Source: a bacterium (lineage in GTDB: Bacteria > Patescibacteriota > Minisyncoccia > Phycocordibacterales > Phycocordibacteraceae). Taken from it: DNA of 64,000 nt. Within the stretch, counting starts at the first letter, position 1, and each line of letters starts with the position of its first letter. Of this stretch, positions 9,265 through 18,370 are shown piece by piece. A program made the translations under genes and the position numbers. Below the pieces are notes generated by a model, which saw nothing but the letters and a program-made list of their open reading frames with translations, did no database searches and was not told the DNA's origin. The stretch covers positions 21,136-85,135 of the forward strand of contig JAKBHL010000006.1 of NCBI GenBank assembly GCA_021836725.1. Direction: 5' to 3'.

Positions 9265-9996
9265 ATGATCCATCCGCATATCTACGTAAAAAAACTGGAT
9301 GAGCAGGATGGGTATACCGTCTGGCTCGTAAATGGCGCTATGGTCCGCAAGGAACTCGATGAGAACTTCGTCGAATATGACTACCACGGCCATTTTCGTT
9401 TCATTCCGGAAAAAGAATTCTGGATCGACGATGAAATGTCCGGAAAGGAATACGGTCTGTACATCAAACGCCTCCTCAAAGAGGTCTCTTTTCTGAAAGA
9501 GGGGATAACTGTCGCGGAAGCCGCCCACAAGGCCGACGCTTTTGAAGAAACGCTCCGGCAGAACGGAAAACGCATGCAAAAGATCCTCGCGTCCCAAAAC
9601 CAAGAGATGCTCCGCCGCACGCTCAAAAAAGAGAAGCTCGAAGAATACAGCAGCGCAGTAAGCGTGTGGCTCGTCGACGGTCCGCTCGTCAGGAGCGTGT
9701 ACATGCTCGGGTACGCCGAAGGGGGACACGACGTGGTGTATGCGTGGATTCCAAAAAATGAGATCTGGCTTGAAGAATCCCTCAAGGCGGAGGAGCGCGC
9801 TTTCATCGTCCTGCATGAACTGCACGAACGGTATCTCATGCTCTCGCAAAAGATGTCCTATGCGAACGCGCATCACGGAGCGACTATCATCGAAGATCAT
9901 TATCGAAAGAACAGGAAAGGGCTCGAAGAACGCATCCGTGAAGAAATAAAAAAGAATGATTCGGTTTCAGGCGATACGCCGCATAGCACGGTATAA
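9265..9996 (+). CDS. Hypothetical protein with internal duplication and HExxE motif
   Basis: VWLVNG..VR / VWLVDG..VR and FIPEKEFWID / WIPKNEIWLE repeats; LHELHE. Confidence 0.75.
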   Translation: MIHPHIYVKKLDEQDGYTVWLVNGAMVRKELDENFVEYDYHGHFRFIPEKEFWIDDEMSGKEYGLYIKRLLKEVSFLKEGITVAEAAHKADAFEETLRQNGKRMQKILASQNQEMLRRTLKKEKLEEYSSAVSVWLVDGPLVRSVYMLGYAEGGHDVVYAWIPKNEIWLEESLKAEERAFIVLHELHERYLMLSQKMSYANAHHGATIIEDHYRKNRKGLEERIREEIKKNDSVSGDTPHSTV

Positions 9997-10041
9997 ACAA
10001 TAACGGGAGCTTTATGCTCCCGTTAGGAATGTACTTTTTTG

Positions 10042-10263
10042 TTATTTGAACTTGAAACTTAATTGTCGCGGCGGGCGCCTCGTTCCGCGGGATTTCCTGC
10101 CGCTCCGAAGCCCGCACTCCCGCAGAATACTCGTGCGGTGCGCGAGATATTCGTTTTTCCCGAGACTGTATTGCTTTAATACGTCATCAACGGCTTTCTG
10201 CATCGTCCCGCCGTTCTTGCGCCGCCGTTTGGCAGCTTCTGTCGCAAGCGCTTGAATGTCCAT
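10042..10263 (-). CDS. Small basic hypothetical protein
   Basis: GAGGAGG RBS before MDIQALA. Confidence 0.6.
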   Translation of the reverse strand: MDIQALATEAAKRRRKNGGTMQKAVDDVLKQYSLGKNEYLAHRTSILRECGLRSGRKSRGTRRPPRQLSFKFK

Positions 10264-10329
10264 ACGAACCTCCTCACCAATGGGCACGCCGGATTATACC
10301 GTAGAAAATTGCGTTTGCCATGTGTCTCG

Positions 10330-10482
10330 GAACCCATTTCAAAACCCCACTCCCTGCGAGAGGTATGCGGCAGAAAGAGGCTTACGGAGCGTGACGACGC
10401 GAGTACGAGCTGCTTTTTCAGCAGAAAAAGACAGCGTACTCCTTTCTGTCGCATACCCGAGCGGGGGTTTTGAAATGAACTC
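10330..10482 (+). repeat. Structured dispersed repeat, copy 3
   Basis: Same ends and core as copy 2, with compensatory stem changes. Confidence 0.92.
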
Positions 10483-10495
10483 CCCGAACAAGCGT

Positions 10496-11020
10496 TTAGC
10501 AGGTGACGCAGAGCCCTGCAGCGCGGCGCGCTGAAAAGTACAAGCCGATCGCCACGACAACGAGCATGGCCAGGACGATGTACGACTGATTTGCGGCGAC
10601 GAAGAGCGCGCCGCCGCCAAGGCCGAGCACGCCGAGCAGGATGCCGATACCGCACCCACACGAAGCGGCCGCGAGTACGCCGCCGGTGAACGAGGCGACG
10701 AGGCCGATGCCGCTTTCTCCGGCGGCGCGCAGGCTCCGCGTTCGGGAGCGTCGAAACGCAAAAAGCTCAAATGACAACAGCACGCCGGTCATAAGCGCAA
10801 GAGCGGCAAGCAAAGCATAGTTGAGCGCGGTCATCCGCGAGAGTTCGAGCGCGAGCGTGTTGCCCGGGACAAGCCACACGGGCACGAGAAGATACACGCT
10901 AAAAAACACAAGCGCGCTAGCTATTGAGATGATCCCGTACAAAGGTTTCCGAAACACACTCGCACCGGCGTGAAGCGTCGTGCGCATTTCAAGCCCGTAT
11001 TCTCTGTATTTCTCCAGCAT
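10496..11020 (-). CDS. Membrane protein with SCGC and terminal CVTC motifs
   Basis: 4 TM segments plus Cys motifs. Confidence 0.75.
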   Translation of the reverse strand: MLEKYREYGLEMRTTLHAGASVFRKPLYGIISIASALVFFSVYLLVPVWLVPGNTLALELSRMTALNYALLAALALMTGVLLSFELFAFRRSRTRSLRAAGESGIGLVASFTGGVLAAASCGCGIGILLGVLGLGGGALFVAANQSYIVLAMLVVVAIGLYFSARRAAGLCVTC

Positions 11021-11043
11021 AGGGCTATGCCCTCATTATATGC

Positions 11044-11652
11044 TCACCATACGAACAGGATAAGGTTCCATGTTTTTTTGGCGTATGCCGCGTAGGCGCT
11101 CCCGAAGCGTTTCTTCAAAGCGATTTCCTCGACGTGTATGCGCCAACGATACCCGATACATACGGTCGAGAGTATGAAAAGCAAGCCCATCCAATTTCCG
11201 AGCGCCAGACCCACGCCGAGAACGGAGATCATCGATCCGGTGTAAGACGGGTGGCGAAGGTACCGGTACGGTCCGGACGTGATGAGTTTATGGTCGTCTT
11301 GGATAAGGACAACGGTACGAAAATATTTTCCCAGTGTCTGAATTGACCAGAGGCGGAAGAGAATACCAACCCAGATCAAGATAATCCCCGAAGTGAAAAG
11401 CAAGGAATTCAAACTATCACTGTCGATACGGAATGCCGGCGCCAAGAAAGCAAAAGCAAAAGCAAGAAAAATCCCTGTGTACAGCATGGCCCAGAAAAAT
11501 AACGCGCTGTACCCGTCTGTATTATCGATGGTCGTTTTTGCGCGCACATCGCGCATGCTGACCCAGGTTTCAAAGACAAAGAACCACGAATAAAAACTGA
11601 CCCAGAAAAGGATTGCCCAAACGGGGTTATTGGTAATGGAGGATACGTTCAT
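11044..11652 (-). CDS. Isoprenylcysteine carboxylmethyltransferase (ICMT/PEMT) family protein
   Basis: LG..F...V.IQDDHKLITSGPYRYLRHPSY...EE..L..FG..Y..Y. Confidence 0.92.
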   Translation of the reverse strand: MNVSSITNNPVWAILFWVSFYSWFFVFETWVSMRDVRAKTTIDNTDGYSALFFWAMLYTGIFLAFAFAFLAPAFRIDSDSLNSLLFTSGIILIWVGILFRLWSIQTLGKYFRTVVLIQDDHKLITSGPYRYLRHPSYTGSMISVLGVGLALGNWMGLLFILSTVCIGYRWRIHVEEIALKKRFGSAYAAYAKKTWNLILFVW

Positions 11653-11672
11653 GGCGGGTGCGCTACCGAGCA

Positions 11673-12233
11673 TCAGGAGAGGATCGGGACGGCATACGTT
11701 TTCCTAAAGAGGATGGAATAAATGGTTATGTCCGTGACCACGATGCACCAGATGATGAGTGCGAGCTGAGCGTATCCGAAAAATACCCCGAGGAATGCGA
11801 ATAAAGCGAGCAGTGCTTCCACGGTGGTTATTTTCAGTTTTCGGAAAACGACCGCTGGGTTTTGCATGGACGGGAGTCTCAGTGTGTAGGTAAGCATCTC
11901 AAAAAGGAGGAATGCCAGTATGAGGATGCTGAAATACCCGGGATGGGCGAAAGAGAACGCGAGAGAGAGGTGGAGGAAAAGCAAGACCGCATGGAGCATT
12001 TTTTGGATGATCGTGTGGGCAGGCAGGACTTTCGAGACGAATGAATGGGAAGCGTACTCTTTCCACACGAGCGTCCCGTAGATGATGACCAGGGGCCATA
12101 CGAGCATCAAGTTCTGCAGGGCAATAGCCACACCGATAACGCCGAACACAACGAATAAAGCGATTTTTGCCGCCGCCCTTTTTTGAGAACTCATAAAAAC
12201 GTATGACGCCAGTGTACCATGGAGTGTGGTCAT
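11673..12233 (-). CDS. Hypothetical membrane protein
   Basis: ~6 TM segments; start uncertain (12233 or 12194). Confidence 0.6.
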   Translation of the reverse strand: MTTLHGTLASYVFMSSQKRAAAKIALFVVFGVIGVAIALQNLMLVWPLVIIYGTLVWKEYASHSFVSKVLPAHTIIQKMLHAVLLFLHLSLAFSFAHPGYFSILILAFLLFEMLTYTLRLPSMQNPAVVFRKLKITTVEALLALFAFLGVFFGYAQLALIIWCIVVTDITIYSILFRKTYAVPILS

Positions 12234-12313
12234 GCTCGCATACCCAAGATGAAATCCGGATGAAGAAGCGCGGAATGCTCTCTTCTCTTCGGGTAATGGA
12301 ATAAAAAGAAAGA

Positions 12314-12341
12314 ACGTCACAGAACCTAGGTTCTGTGACGT
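12314..12341. repeat. Perfect 28-bp palindrome (REP-like)
   Basis: ACGTCACAGAACCT|AGGTTCTGTGACGT. Confidence 0.8.
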
Positions 12342-12525
12342 CCAATTTTGATACTCGAAGCGTTGCTTAAGCCATAAACACCAGGCCATATCGTTCCATG
12401 TCGATTACGAAGCAAGCGGGGTTGATAGTTCCCCAATTGATTCGTTCATCACCAACAACGTAAGACACGTCCGGATGCATTTGGTCAAGCACTTTTGCTC
12501 CTACATGGAGATATGAAAGAATATA

Positions 12526-13197
12526 ATGATATACGAATCAATTTATATGAAGTTTCCCCAAAACCAAAAAGAGAATATAGTCGGTCTTCATTTCTTATAT
12601 TCCCTAGAGTTCGAGATTTCGTATGTGCAGAATCTCGTGAAGAAATTTGTATGGTATCTGGAACAGGGATATCCTTCCGAGCTCATCCTGCTTCCACAAG
12701 GGGTGACTCAGCACTCGACAGAGGAAGAGGTCACGCAGGCGTTACAAGTCGAATACGATGCTGCCGATTATGCAGCATGTGCCGCGAGCCTACAGGAAGA
12801 ATGGAGAGATATCTCTGGAGGTTTTGAGAAGATGTGCAAGGAGCCAGTATTTCGTCTTGGAGACGAGTACAGCGTCGTCTTGACGAAGTACGGTACGGGG
12901 GGTAATTACAACGTCACTATGAGCCGAGTGACTATCCGTATCAATGCTCAGTCCTCCAAGAAGATGGCGGCGACTGTTGTGCACGAGATTATCCACATGA
13001 CCATCCAATACCTCATCGATCAGTATCGTGTGCGGCATTGGCGCAAAGAACGTCTCGTTGACTTGCTTGTCGAACGTTATTTCCCGGGGTTGAAGAAGAT
13101 GCAGATGATCAAAGAGGATGTTTCGATGGTCGATTCGGCGTTCAGTGAATCGTTTCCGGATATTGAAGCGATAGTACGGTCGATCCGATCATCGTGA
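12526..13197 (+). CDS. Hypothetical protein, HExxH metallopeptidase-like
   Basis: LTKYGTGGNY and VHEIIH...KE motifs. Confidence 0.7.
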   Translation: MIYESIYMKFPQNQKENIVGLHFLYSLEFEISYVQNLVKKFVWYLEQGYPSELILLPQGVTQHSTEEEVTQALQVEYDAADYAACAASLQEEWRDISGGFEKMCKEPVFRLGDEYSVVLTKYGTGGNYNVTMSRVTIRINAQSSKKMAATVVHEIIHMTIQYLIDQYRVRHWRKERLVDLLVERYFPGLKKMQMIKEDVSMVDSAFSESFPDIEAIVRSIRSS

Positions 13198-13257
13198 ATA
13201 ACGCGTCTGGGCGCGAAGGCGCTATCATCGACGGAAACATCCGATGAAGTAATATCA

Positions 13258-13287
13258 GTGTTAACAAGGTTAAACCTTGTTCTGACA
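13258..13287 (+). repeat. 30-bp REP-like palindromic repeat, copy A
   Basis: GTGTTAACAAGGTTAAACCTTGTTCTGACA, identical at 14807-14836; contains AACAAGGTT-A-AACCTTGTT. Confidence 0.9.
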
Positions 13288-13321
13288 CAAAAATATATTT
13301 AATTTAGTATTAACTCACAGT

Positions 13322-13573
13322 TTGGCATACGCTATAATTAAAAGCCTGGCAGAAGTAGCTAGAAAAATGAAGGAAGAAAACTTTACATTTCCGAGGGGTA
13401 CTTTACATAAAGTTTGTTGGGATATCTATCAGAAAGATAAGAGTGGTCAATATGAATCTGACTATGGAGATTTTTCTGAAATCGAGATCGATCAAATGGA
13501 AGACGAAAAATTTATTACAACGTTGCAGGATGAAATTAATTATTTAGAAAATAAATATGGACAAGCTACATAA
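13322..13573 (+). CDS. Small acidic hypothetical protein
   Basis: ORF overlapping the start of the next gene; own start uncertain. Confidence 0.5.
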   Translation: MAYAIIKSLAEVARKMKEENFTFPRGTLHKVCWDIYQKDKSGQYESDYGDFSEIEIDQMEDEKFITTLQDEINYLENKYGQAT

Positions 13574-14540
13574 AAAACACGTTCACAAGACAAAATCTGG
13601 CGGTACCGTCTCCCAATTCATTGAATCAAAGAATTTACCGGCGGATATCCAAATCAGTTCGTTCATAAATTTTGTCCATTTTGGAAGCGAGGTAATTTTG
13701 ACGCCGGACGACGGTACGTCTTGGGGCCCGGTTTCCGGGGAAATAAAAGGGCAAGTGGACTGGAGAAAAGAACTGGTGCGCGAGACAGGTGAAAAGGCCG
13801 GAGTGTTGGTTGATGGTGTGGTCTTGTGCGGATATATTTCAAATGAAAGTAAGGTAGGCGATTCCGATTCCGTTACGACAATCTCTCCCATATGTTATTC
13901 CTATTGTCACGATATTAATCCCACGTGGACTCCGAAAGGAATAATGACGAGAGAACTTTTTTCTCATTCCAATGTTAAGGAACACCTAGCGAAGAGAAAC
14001 GACGAGGGTCAGATGTTAGAACTGTATCTGTATATACACGACCAGTTTAATAGGGATCTGCGCATCGAATTTTCTTTTTTACCCGACGAAATGCCGGATG
14101 TCATATTCGTGACATCGGCAATGGTTTTTTGCATCGATGATGACAATCGAATATGCCTTGTTAAAGACGGTGATGAGGATTTTTATAGTCTACCCGGAGG
14201 AGGTCGTAGGCTTCTCGAATCTCCACTGGAATGTGCAAAGCGGGAACTGCAAGAAGAGGCTCAGATTACCGCGAAGAACTTCAAAATCTTTGGAAGCATA
14301 ATCGTTAGCTTCTATTCAAACGACGTCTTGATCTCTAAGATGCAACAAGCCAGGTATATTTGCGACGTAGATGTTATGGGGGAATTCATTCCTTTCAAAG
14401 ACGGTTTCGAGACGGATGAAAGAATATTCGTTCAGGCGGATCAACTTCTAACACTTGGTAAACAGTTCAAAAATAATAACGGCATCCAAATCGTTGAGCA
14501 TTTAATAAAGATACAACTTGATCGAGAACACAACGCTTGA
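13557..14540 (+). CDS. Unknown N-terminal domain fused to a NUDIX hydrolase
   Basis: LPGGGRRLLESPLECAKRELQEEAQI Nudix box in the C-terminal half. Confidence 0.85.
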   Translation: MDKLHKKHVHKTKSGGTVSQFIESKNLPADIQISSFINFVHFGSEVILTPDDGTSWGPVSGEIKGQVDWRKELVRETGEKAGVLVDGVVLCGYISNESKVGDSDSVTTISPICYSYCHDINPTWTPKGIMTRELFSHSNVKEHLAKRNDEGQMLELYLYIHDQFNRDLRIEFSFLPDEMPDVIFVTSAMVFCIDDDNRICLVKDGDEDFYSLPGGGRRLLESPLECAKRELQEEAQITAKNFKIFGSIIVSFYSNDVLISKMQQARYICDVDVMGEFIPFKDGFETDERIFVQADQLLTLGKQFKNNNGIQIVEHLIKIQLDREHNA

Positions 14541-14561
14541 TATTGAAGATCAGCTGTAGCT

Positions 14562-14813
14562 ATGCATGTGAAGAGAATCCCGCAGGAGATTATAGGCAAT
14601 CGAGATATTAGCACGGTCACTCTCGATATTGATGGAACGATGGTTAATGAGTACGTAGAAATGCCGGACGAGATTATCGATGCGGTTCGTCAGTTACTAG
14701 GCGCGAAAGTGCACATTGTGATTTGTACAGCTCGCAGTATTGAGAGTATTCTAAAACTTTTCAAGAAATTCTTTTCCGAAGAGGAGATGAGTCTATTTTC
14801 CACTCCGTGTTAA
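14562..14813 (+). pseudogene. Truncated HAD (Cof-type) hydrolase
   Basis: LDIDGT motif I and CTAR motif II; frame ends inside the REP-like repeat at 14807. Confidence 0.75.
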
Positions 14814-14836
14814 CAAGGTTAAACCTTGTTCTGACA
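14807..14836 (+). repeat. 30-bp REP-like palindromic repeat, copy B
   Basis: Identical to 13258-13287. Confidence 0.9.
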
Positions 14837-14843
14837 GCAAAAA

Positions 14844-14966
14844 ATGCGAACATCCATCAGCAAGGATCAGTCCCTTGGCGTCCCAAAATGGACCGAGCGG
14901 ATGATTGAGAAGTTCGGACCTGAACTCACCATGCGGCAGCGAGGGAGGCCAAGAAAAGGTATCTGA
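14844..14966 (+). pseudogene. C-terminal remnant of a REP-associated tyrosine (Y1/RAYT-type) transposase
   Basis: MRTSISKDQSLGVPKWTERMIEKFGPELTMRQRGRPRKGI* resembles RAYT tails ending in RGRP; followed by the REP-like end AAAGGTATCTGACACC. Confidence 0.55.
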
Positions 14967-15157
14967 CACCATTTCCACCATTTCCATCAATTTTGGAGGC
15001 CGCACATATGTGCGGTATGTTGCCTCAAAAGGAACGTTCTTGCTCAACAATATGTTAATCTCTATAAAACTGCTATTGACGCTTATCAGGCTGATAAGCA
15101 GTTTGAACCTTGGTCGCATTTAACAAGAACGCTTCAAGCCCAATTTAAATAGTCGCT

Positions 15158-16078
15158 ATGCAAGAAATCTCTGAAGCTTTAAAGGAATATGGCCTGTCTG
15201 CGAACTCGCCTATAAATCTTGTTCGCGAATCTGCGGACAATGTTGTGTATGTTATTGGTGAAGATGATAAGAAAATCTTAAGAATTAGCAAAAGACTTTC
15301 TGTTGAAGATGTTGCTTTCGAATATGAAGCAATAAAATACCTCGCACAAAATGGTGTACCTGTAGCGCACTGGCTAACGACGAAAGCGGGGAAGGAATAC
15401 TCGTTGGTAGATGGCCACGCCGCAGTTCTTTTTGATTTTTTGACTGGCCATCATATAAATGTTGATAAAGATAATCTCCCGACACAAGTTCAAGCTTATT
15501 CCGCCGGAGCAGAGTTGGGTCGTATGAGTAATGCCGCCAGTACGTTTACATCAAATGCTCCGAGAACGAGAACTATTTTTTCTGAGCTCGAGCGCGTGCT
15601 CTCCCTTGAAGAAATGTTTGTTAAGGATTTTGAAGGCGGTGAGGAATTCGTTAACCAAGTTAAAGAAGCACTAAAATTCGGTAGAGCACAAAACGAGATA
15701 ATTGGCTTTATTCACAATGACTATCGTCCAAGCAATGTATTTTTTGATGAGAACGATCAAGTGACGGGAATAATCGATTTCGATTGGAGCTGCATGGGCC
15801 CAGTAGTTAAAGACTTAGCTCTAGCACTCGTGGAATGGTCTTTCCCAGATGGAGCCACCGAAGCAAATATGGCGCTATTCCAAGGATTCCTAGATGGATA
15901 CAATTCTATTTCGAATAAGAAGTGGAAGAAGGACGACAAACTCTATTCTTGGATTAAATTCGCCACTCTTTCTGATGCATCAACATATTTTTGCGACTTG
16001 GCTGAAGACCTGACTTCAACTAAGCGAATCATTAAGTCGTATATGTATCGAAAGTTCACGTTCTTTTCACAAGCCTAG
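15158..16078 (+). CDS. APH/homoserine kinase type II family phosphotransferase
   Basis: IHNDYRPSNVFF and IIDFD kinase motifs. Confidence 0.9.
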   Translation: MQEISEALKEYGLSANSPINLVRESADNVVYVIGEDDKKILRISKRLSVEDVAFEYEAIKYLAQNGVPVAHWLTTKAGKEYSLVDGHAAVLFDFLTGHHINVDKDNLPTQVQAYSAGAELGRMSNAASTFTSNAPRTRTIFSELERVLSLEEMFVKDFEGGEEFVNQVKEALKFGRAQNEIIGFIHNDYRPSNVFFDENDQVTGIIDFDWSCMGPVVKDLALALVEWSFPDGATEANMALFQGFLDGYNSISNKKWKKDDKLYSWIKFATLSDASTYFCDLAEDLTSTKRIIKSYMYRKFTFFSQA

Positions 16079-16183
16079 TCATGGAGCCATATCTTTATTT
16101 GCAGGGTTTAAAGAAGCTTGCCAAAGAGGCCCGTGGAGATGAAGTAATACATATCGGGATAAGACCTGTGCTATAGTCTTTGC

Positions 16184-17269
16184 ATGACGGCGGAAACTCG
16201 CCCGGTCATCCTCACAGGCAACAACGAGGTTGCCAAGCTTCGAGCGTCCCATCCGGAGCTCGTCGAAGTCGACGCGTTCGTGCGCCAGCTAAAGGAGCTT
16301 TTCTTCATCGACAATCATGCGTTCATCGGTACGCCGAAAGAAGAGGCCTATGCGACCGAAGATTTCAAGAAGTATGCGTCTTCGAAAGAAGGCGCATTTG
16401 TCTATGTATATTTCCCCTGGAACAATACGCTCGTGAAGACCGTCGATGCCGGGGATTACTACCGGCTCAAGACGAATCGCAACCAAGACCTTATCACTGC
16501 CGAAGAACAGAAGAAGCTGCGCGACTACAAAGTCGCGGTGCTCGGGATGAGCGTCGGCTCCAACGTCGCATTCGTGCTCACGCAAGCGGGGATTTCAAAT
16601 GACATCATCCTCGCCGATTTTGACGAGCTCGATACCACCAATCTCAATCGCATCCTTGCCGGCGTGCATGAGGTCGGCTTGAATAAGACCGTCATCGCGG
16701 CGCATCGCATTTATGAAGACAATCCGTTTGCAAACGTCACCCTGCTCCAAGAGGGGATACATGAGACCAATCTCGAAGAGCTCATCAAAGCCGGCAAGAT
16801 AAACTGTATTCTCGAAGAGATTGATGACTTGCCGTTCAAGATTCACGCGCGCCTGCTCGCGATGAAATATAAGATTCCTGTGGTGATGGTGACCGACAAC
16901 GGCGACGGTGTCGTGCTCCACGTCGAACGGTACGATCTCGGCCACGACATGATCTGGGGCAAGCCGCACGAATACTACGAGGAAAAGCTCGCCGACGGCC
17001 CTATGACCAAAGAAAAAGCGGGCGACATCATCATCCACGACATCGTCGGCGGCGTGCACAGGGTCGATCCGAAAATGATCGCAAGCGTGAAGCGCGTGCT
17101 TGCCAAAGAACTGGTGTCGTGGAGCCAGCTCGGCTCGGCGGCGATCCTCGGTGCGGTTGTCGCGACCTACGCGATAAAAGAAATCGCGCTTGGCAAGGGA
17201 ACCAAGAAAGATATTCGTGTATGGATCAGCCCGGAGCAGGTTGAACACGGCACGCACGCCGCCTCGTAA
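16184..17269 (+). CDS. ThiF/E1-like adenylyltransferase, Rv1355c-type, without the fused nitroreductase domain
   Basis: YVYFPW...LKTNRNQDLITAEEQ..L...VAVLGMSVG, LADFDELDTTNLNRI, EEIDD. Confidence 0.9.
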   Translation: MTAETRPVILTGNNEVAKLRASHPELVEVDAFVRQLKELFFIDNHAFIGTPKEEAYATEDFKKYASSKEGAFVYVYFPWNNTLVKTVDAGDYYRLKTNRNQDLITAEEQKKLRDYKVAVLGMSVGSNVAFVLTQAGISNDIILADFDELDTTNLNRILAGVHEVGLNKTVIAAHRIYEDNPFANVTLLQEGIHETNLEELIKAGKINCILEEIDDLPFKIHARLLAMKYKIPVVMVTDNGDGVVLHVERYDLGHDMIWGKPHEYYEEKLADGPMTKEKAGDIIIHDIVGGVHRVDPKMIASVKRVLAKELVSWSQLGSAAILGAVVATYAIKEIALGKGTKKDIRVWISPEQVEHGTHAAS

Positions 17270-17271
17270 TC

Positions 17272-18366
17272 ATGTTTGGATTCAACGCGAACTCAGCAAA
17301 CGGCGATGTAACGAAAATACGGGAACTTCCGGAATTCGATGATCACGCGCTCGTCTCTTTCGCCGAAGATGAAGCATCGGGCTTGCGCGCAATCATTGCA
17401 GTGCACCGTGCCAATCCCGACGTGCCGTCTTTCGGCGCCACGCGTTTCTGGCACTATGCTTCTGATTTGGAAGGGGTAAAAGACGCGCTCCGCCTCTCGC
17501 GCCTCATGTCCTACAAAGCGGCGCTTGCAGGGTTGAAGTGCGGCGGCGCCAAGGGCGTTATTCTGGCGCCAAAGACAAACGGTATCGTGCGCAAAAAGCT
17601 CATTGAAGCGTATGCCGCGCGCGTCAACATTCTCGGGGGGCGTTTTGTCACCGGCACCGACGTGGGTATTTCGCAAGAAGATCTCGATACCATGCGGAGA
17701 GTTTCCCGCAATATCATCGGCTTCAACGACAATTCGACCGAGTTCACTGCCATCGGCGTCTTTGAGAGCGTCAAGGCGGCGCTTCAGGAGGTGTTCGGAT
17801 CGCCGGATGTTGCCGGGCGGTCGTTCGCTATCCAGGGCCTCGGCAAGGTGGGCGGCGGTCTCCTCAGCCTCTTGTACGGGCCGGCAGGGCCCGAGGCAAA
17901 GATTTACGTGTCCGATATCGATCTGGAACGGGTAGAGAGGATCAAGGCGAAGTATCCGCGCGTGATTCCGGTCGCACCGGAGGCGATCGATGCGCAAGAA
18001 GTAGATGTTTTCTCCCCGTGCGCGCTCTCGGGTGCGATCAACAAAAAGAGCATCGAACGCATCAAAGCGAAGATCGTCGCGGGCGGCGCGAACAATCAGC
18101 TTACCGATGAGGCGTCCGGCGACGCACTCCACGCGCGCAAGATTCTCTATGTGCCGGATTACGTCGCAAACGCCGGCGGCCTCGTCGCCGTCTTTGATGA
18201 ATACCAGAACCCCTCGTACGACCGTGCCCGGGTGGCGCAGGCGGCGCAGCACATTCCCGAGACGCTCCGGAAGATTTTCGCCGAGAGCCGTGCGGAGAAC
18301 ATTACACCCTCCCGCATCGCGAACCGCATGGCTGAGCGTATCTTTAATGGATATCCCGTAGCCTAG
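17272..18366 (+). CDS. Glu/Leu/Phe/Val dehydrogenase (leucine/phenylalanine dehydrogenase-like)
   Basis: GLRAIIAVH, LRLSRLMSYKAALAGL..GGAKGVI, IQGLGKVG, PCAL, GGANNQL, PDYVANAGG. Confidence 0.95.
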   Translation: MFGFNANSANGDVTKIRELPEFDDHALVSFAEDEASGLRAIIAVHRANPDVPSFGATRFWHYASDLEGVKDALRLSRLMSYKAALAGLKCGGAKGVILAPKTNGIVRKKLIEAYAARVNILGGRFVTGTDVGISQEDLDTMRRVSRNIIGFNDNSTEFTAIGVFESVKAALQEVFGSPDVAGRSFAIQGLGKVGGGLLSLLYGPAGPEAKIYVSDIDLERVERIKAKYPRVIPVAPEAIDAQEVDVFSPCALSGAINKKSIERIKAKIVAGGANNQLTDEASGDALHARKILYVPDYVANAGGLVAVFDEYQNPSYDRARVAQAAQHIPETLRKIFAESRAENITPSRIANRMAERIFNGYPVA

Positions 18367-18370
18367 TGCT

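Noticed and set aside
13258-14836. 30-bp palindromic direct repeats as a CRISPR array
   Set aside because: Only two copies, 1.5 kb apart with genes between; no spacer-sized intervals and no cas genes.
13243-16149. 12-bp GATGAAGTAATA at ~13243 and ~16138 as a target-site duplication
   Set aside because: Short and AT-rich, and the second copy lies inside a coding fragment; cannot be told from chance.
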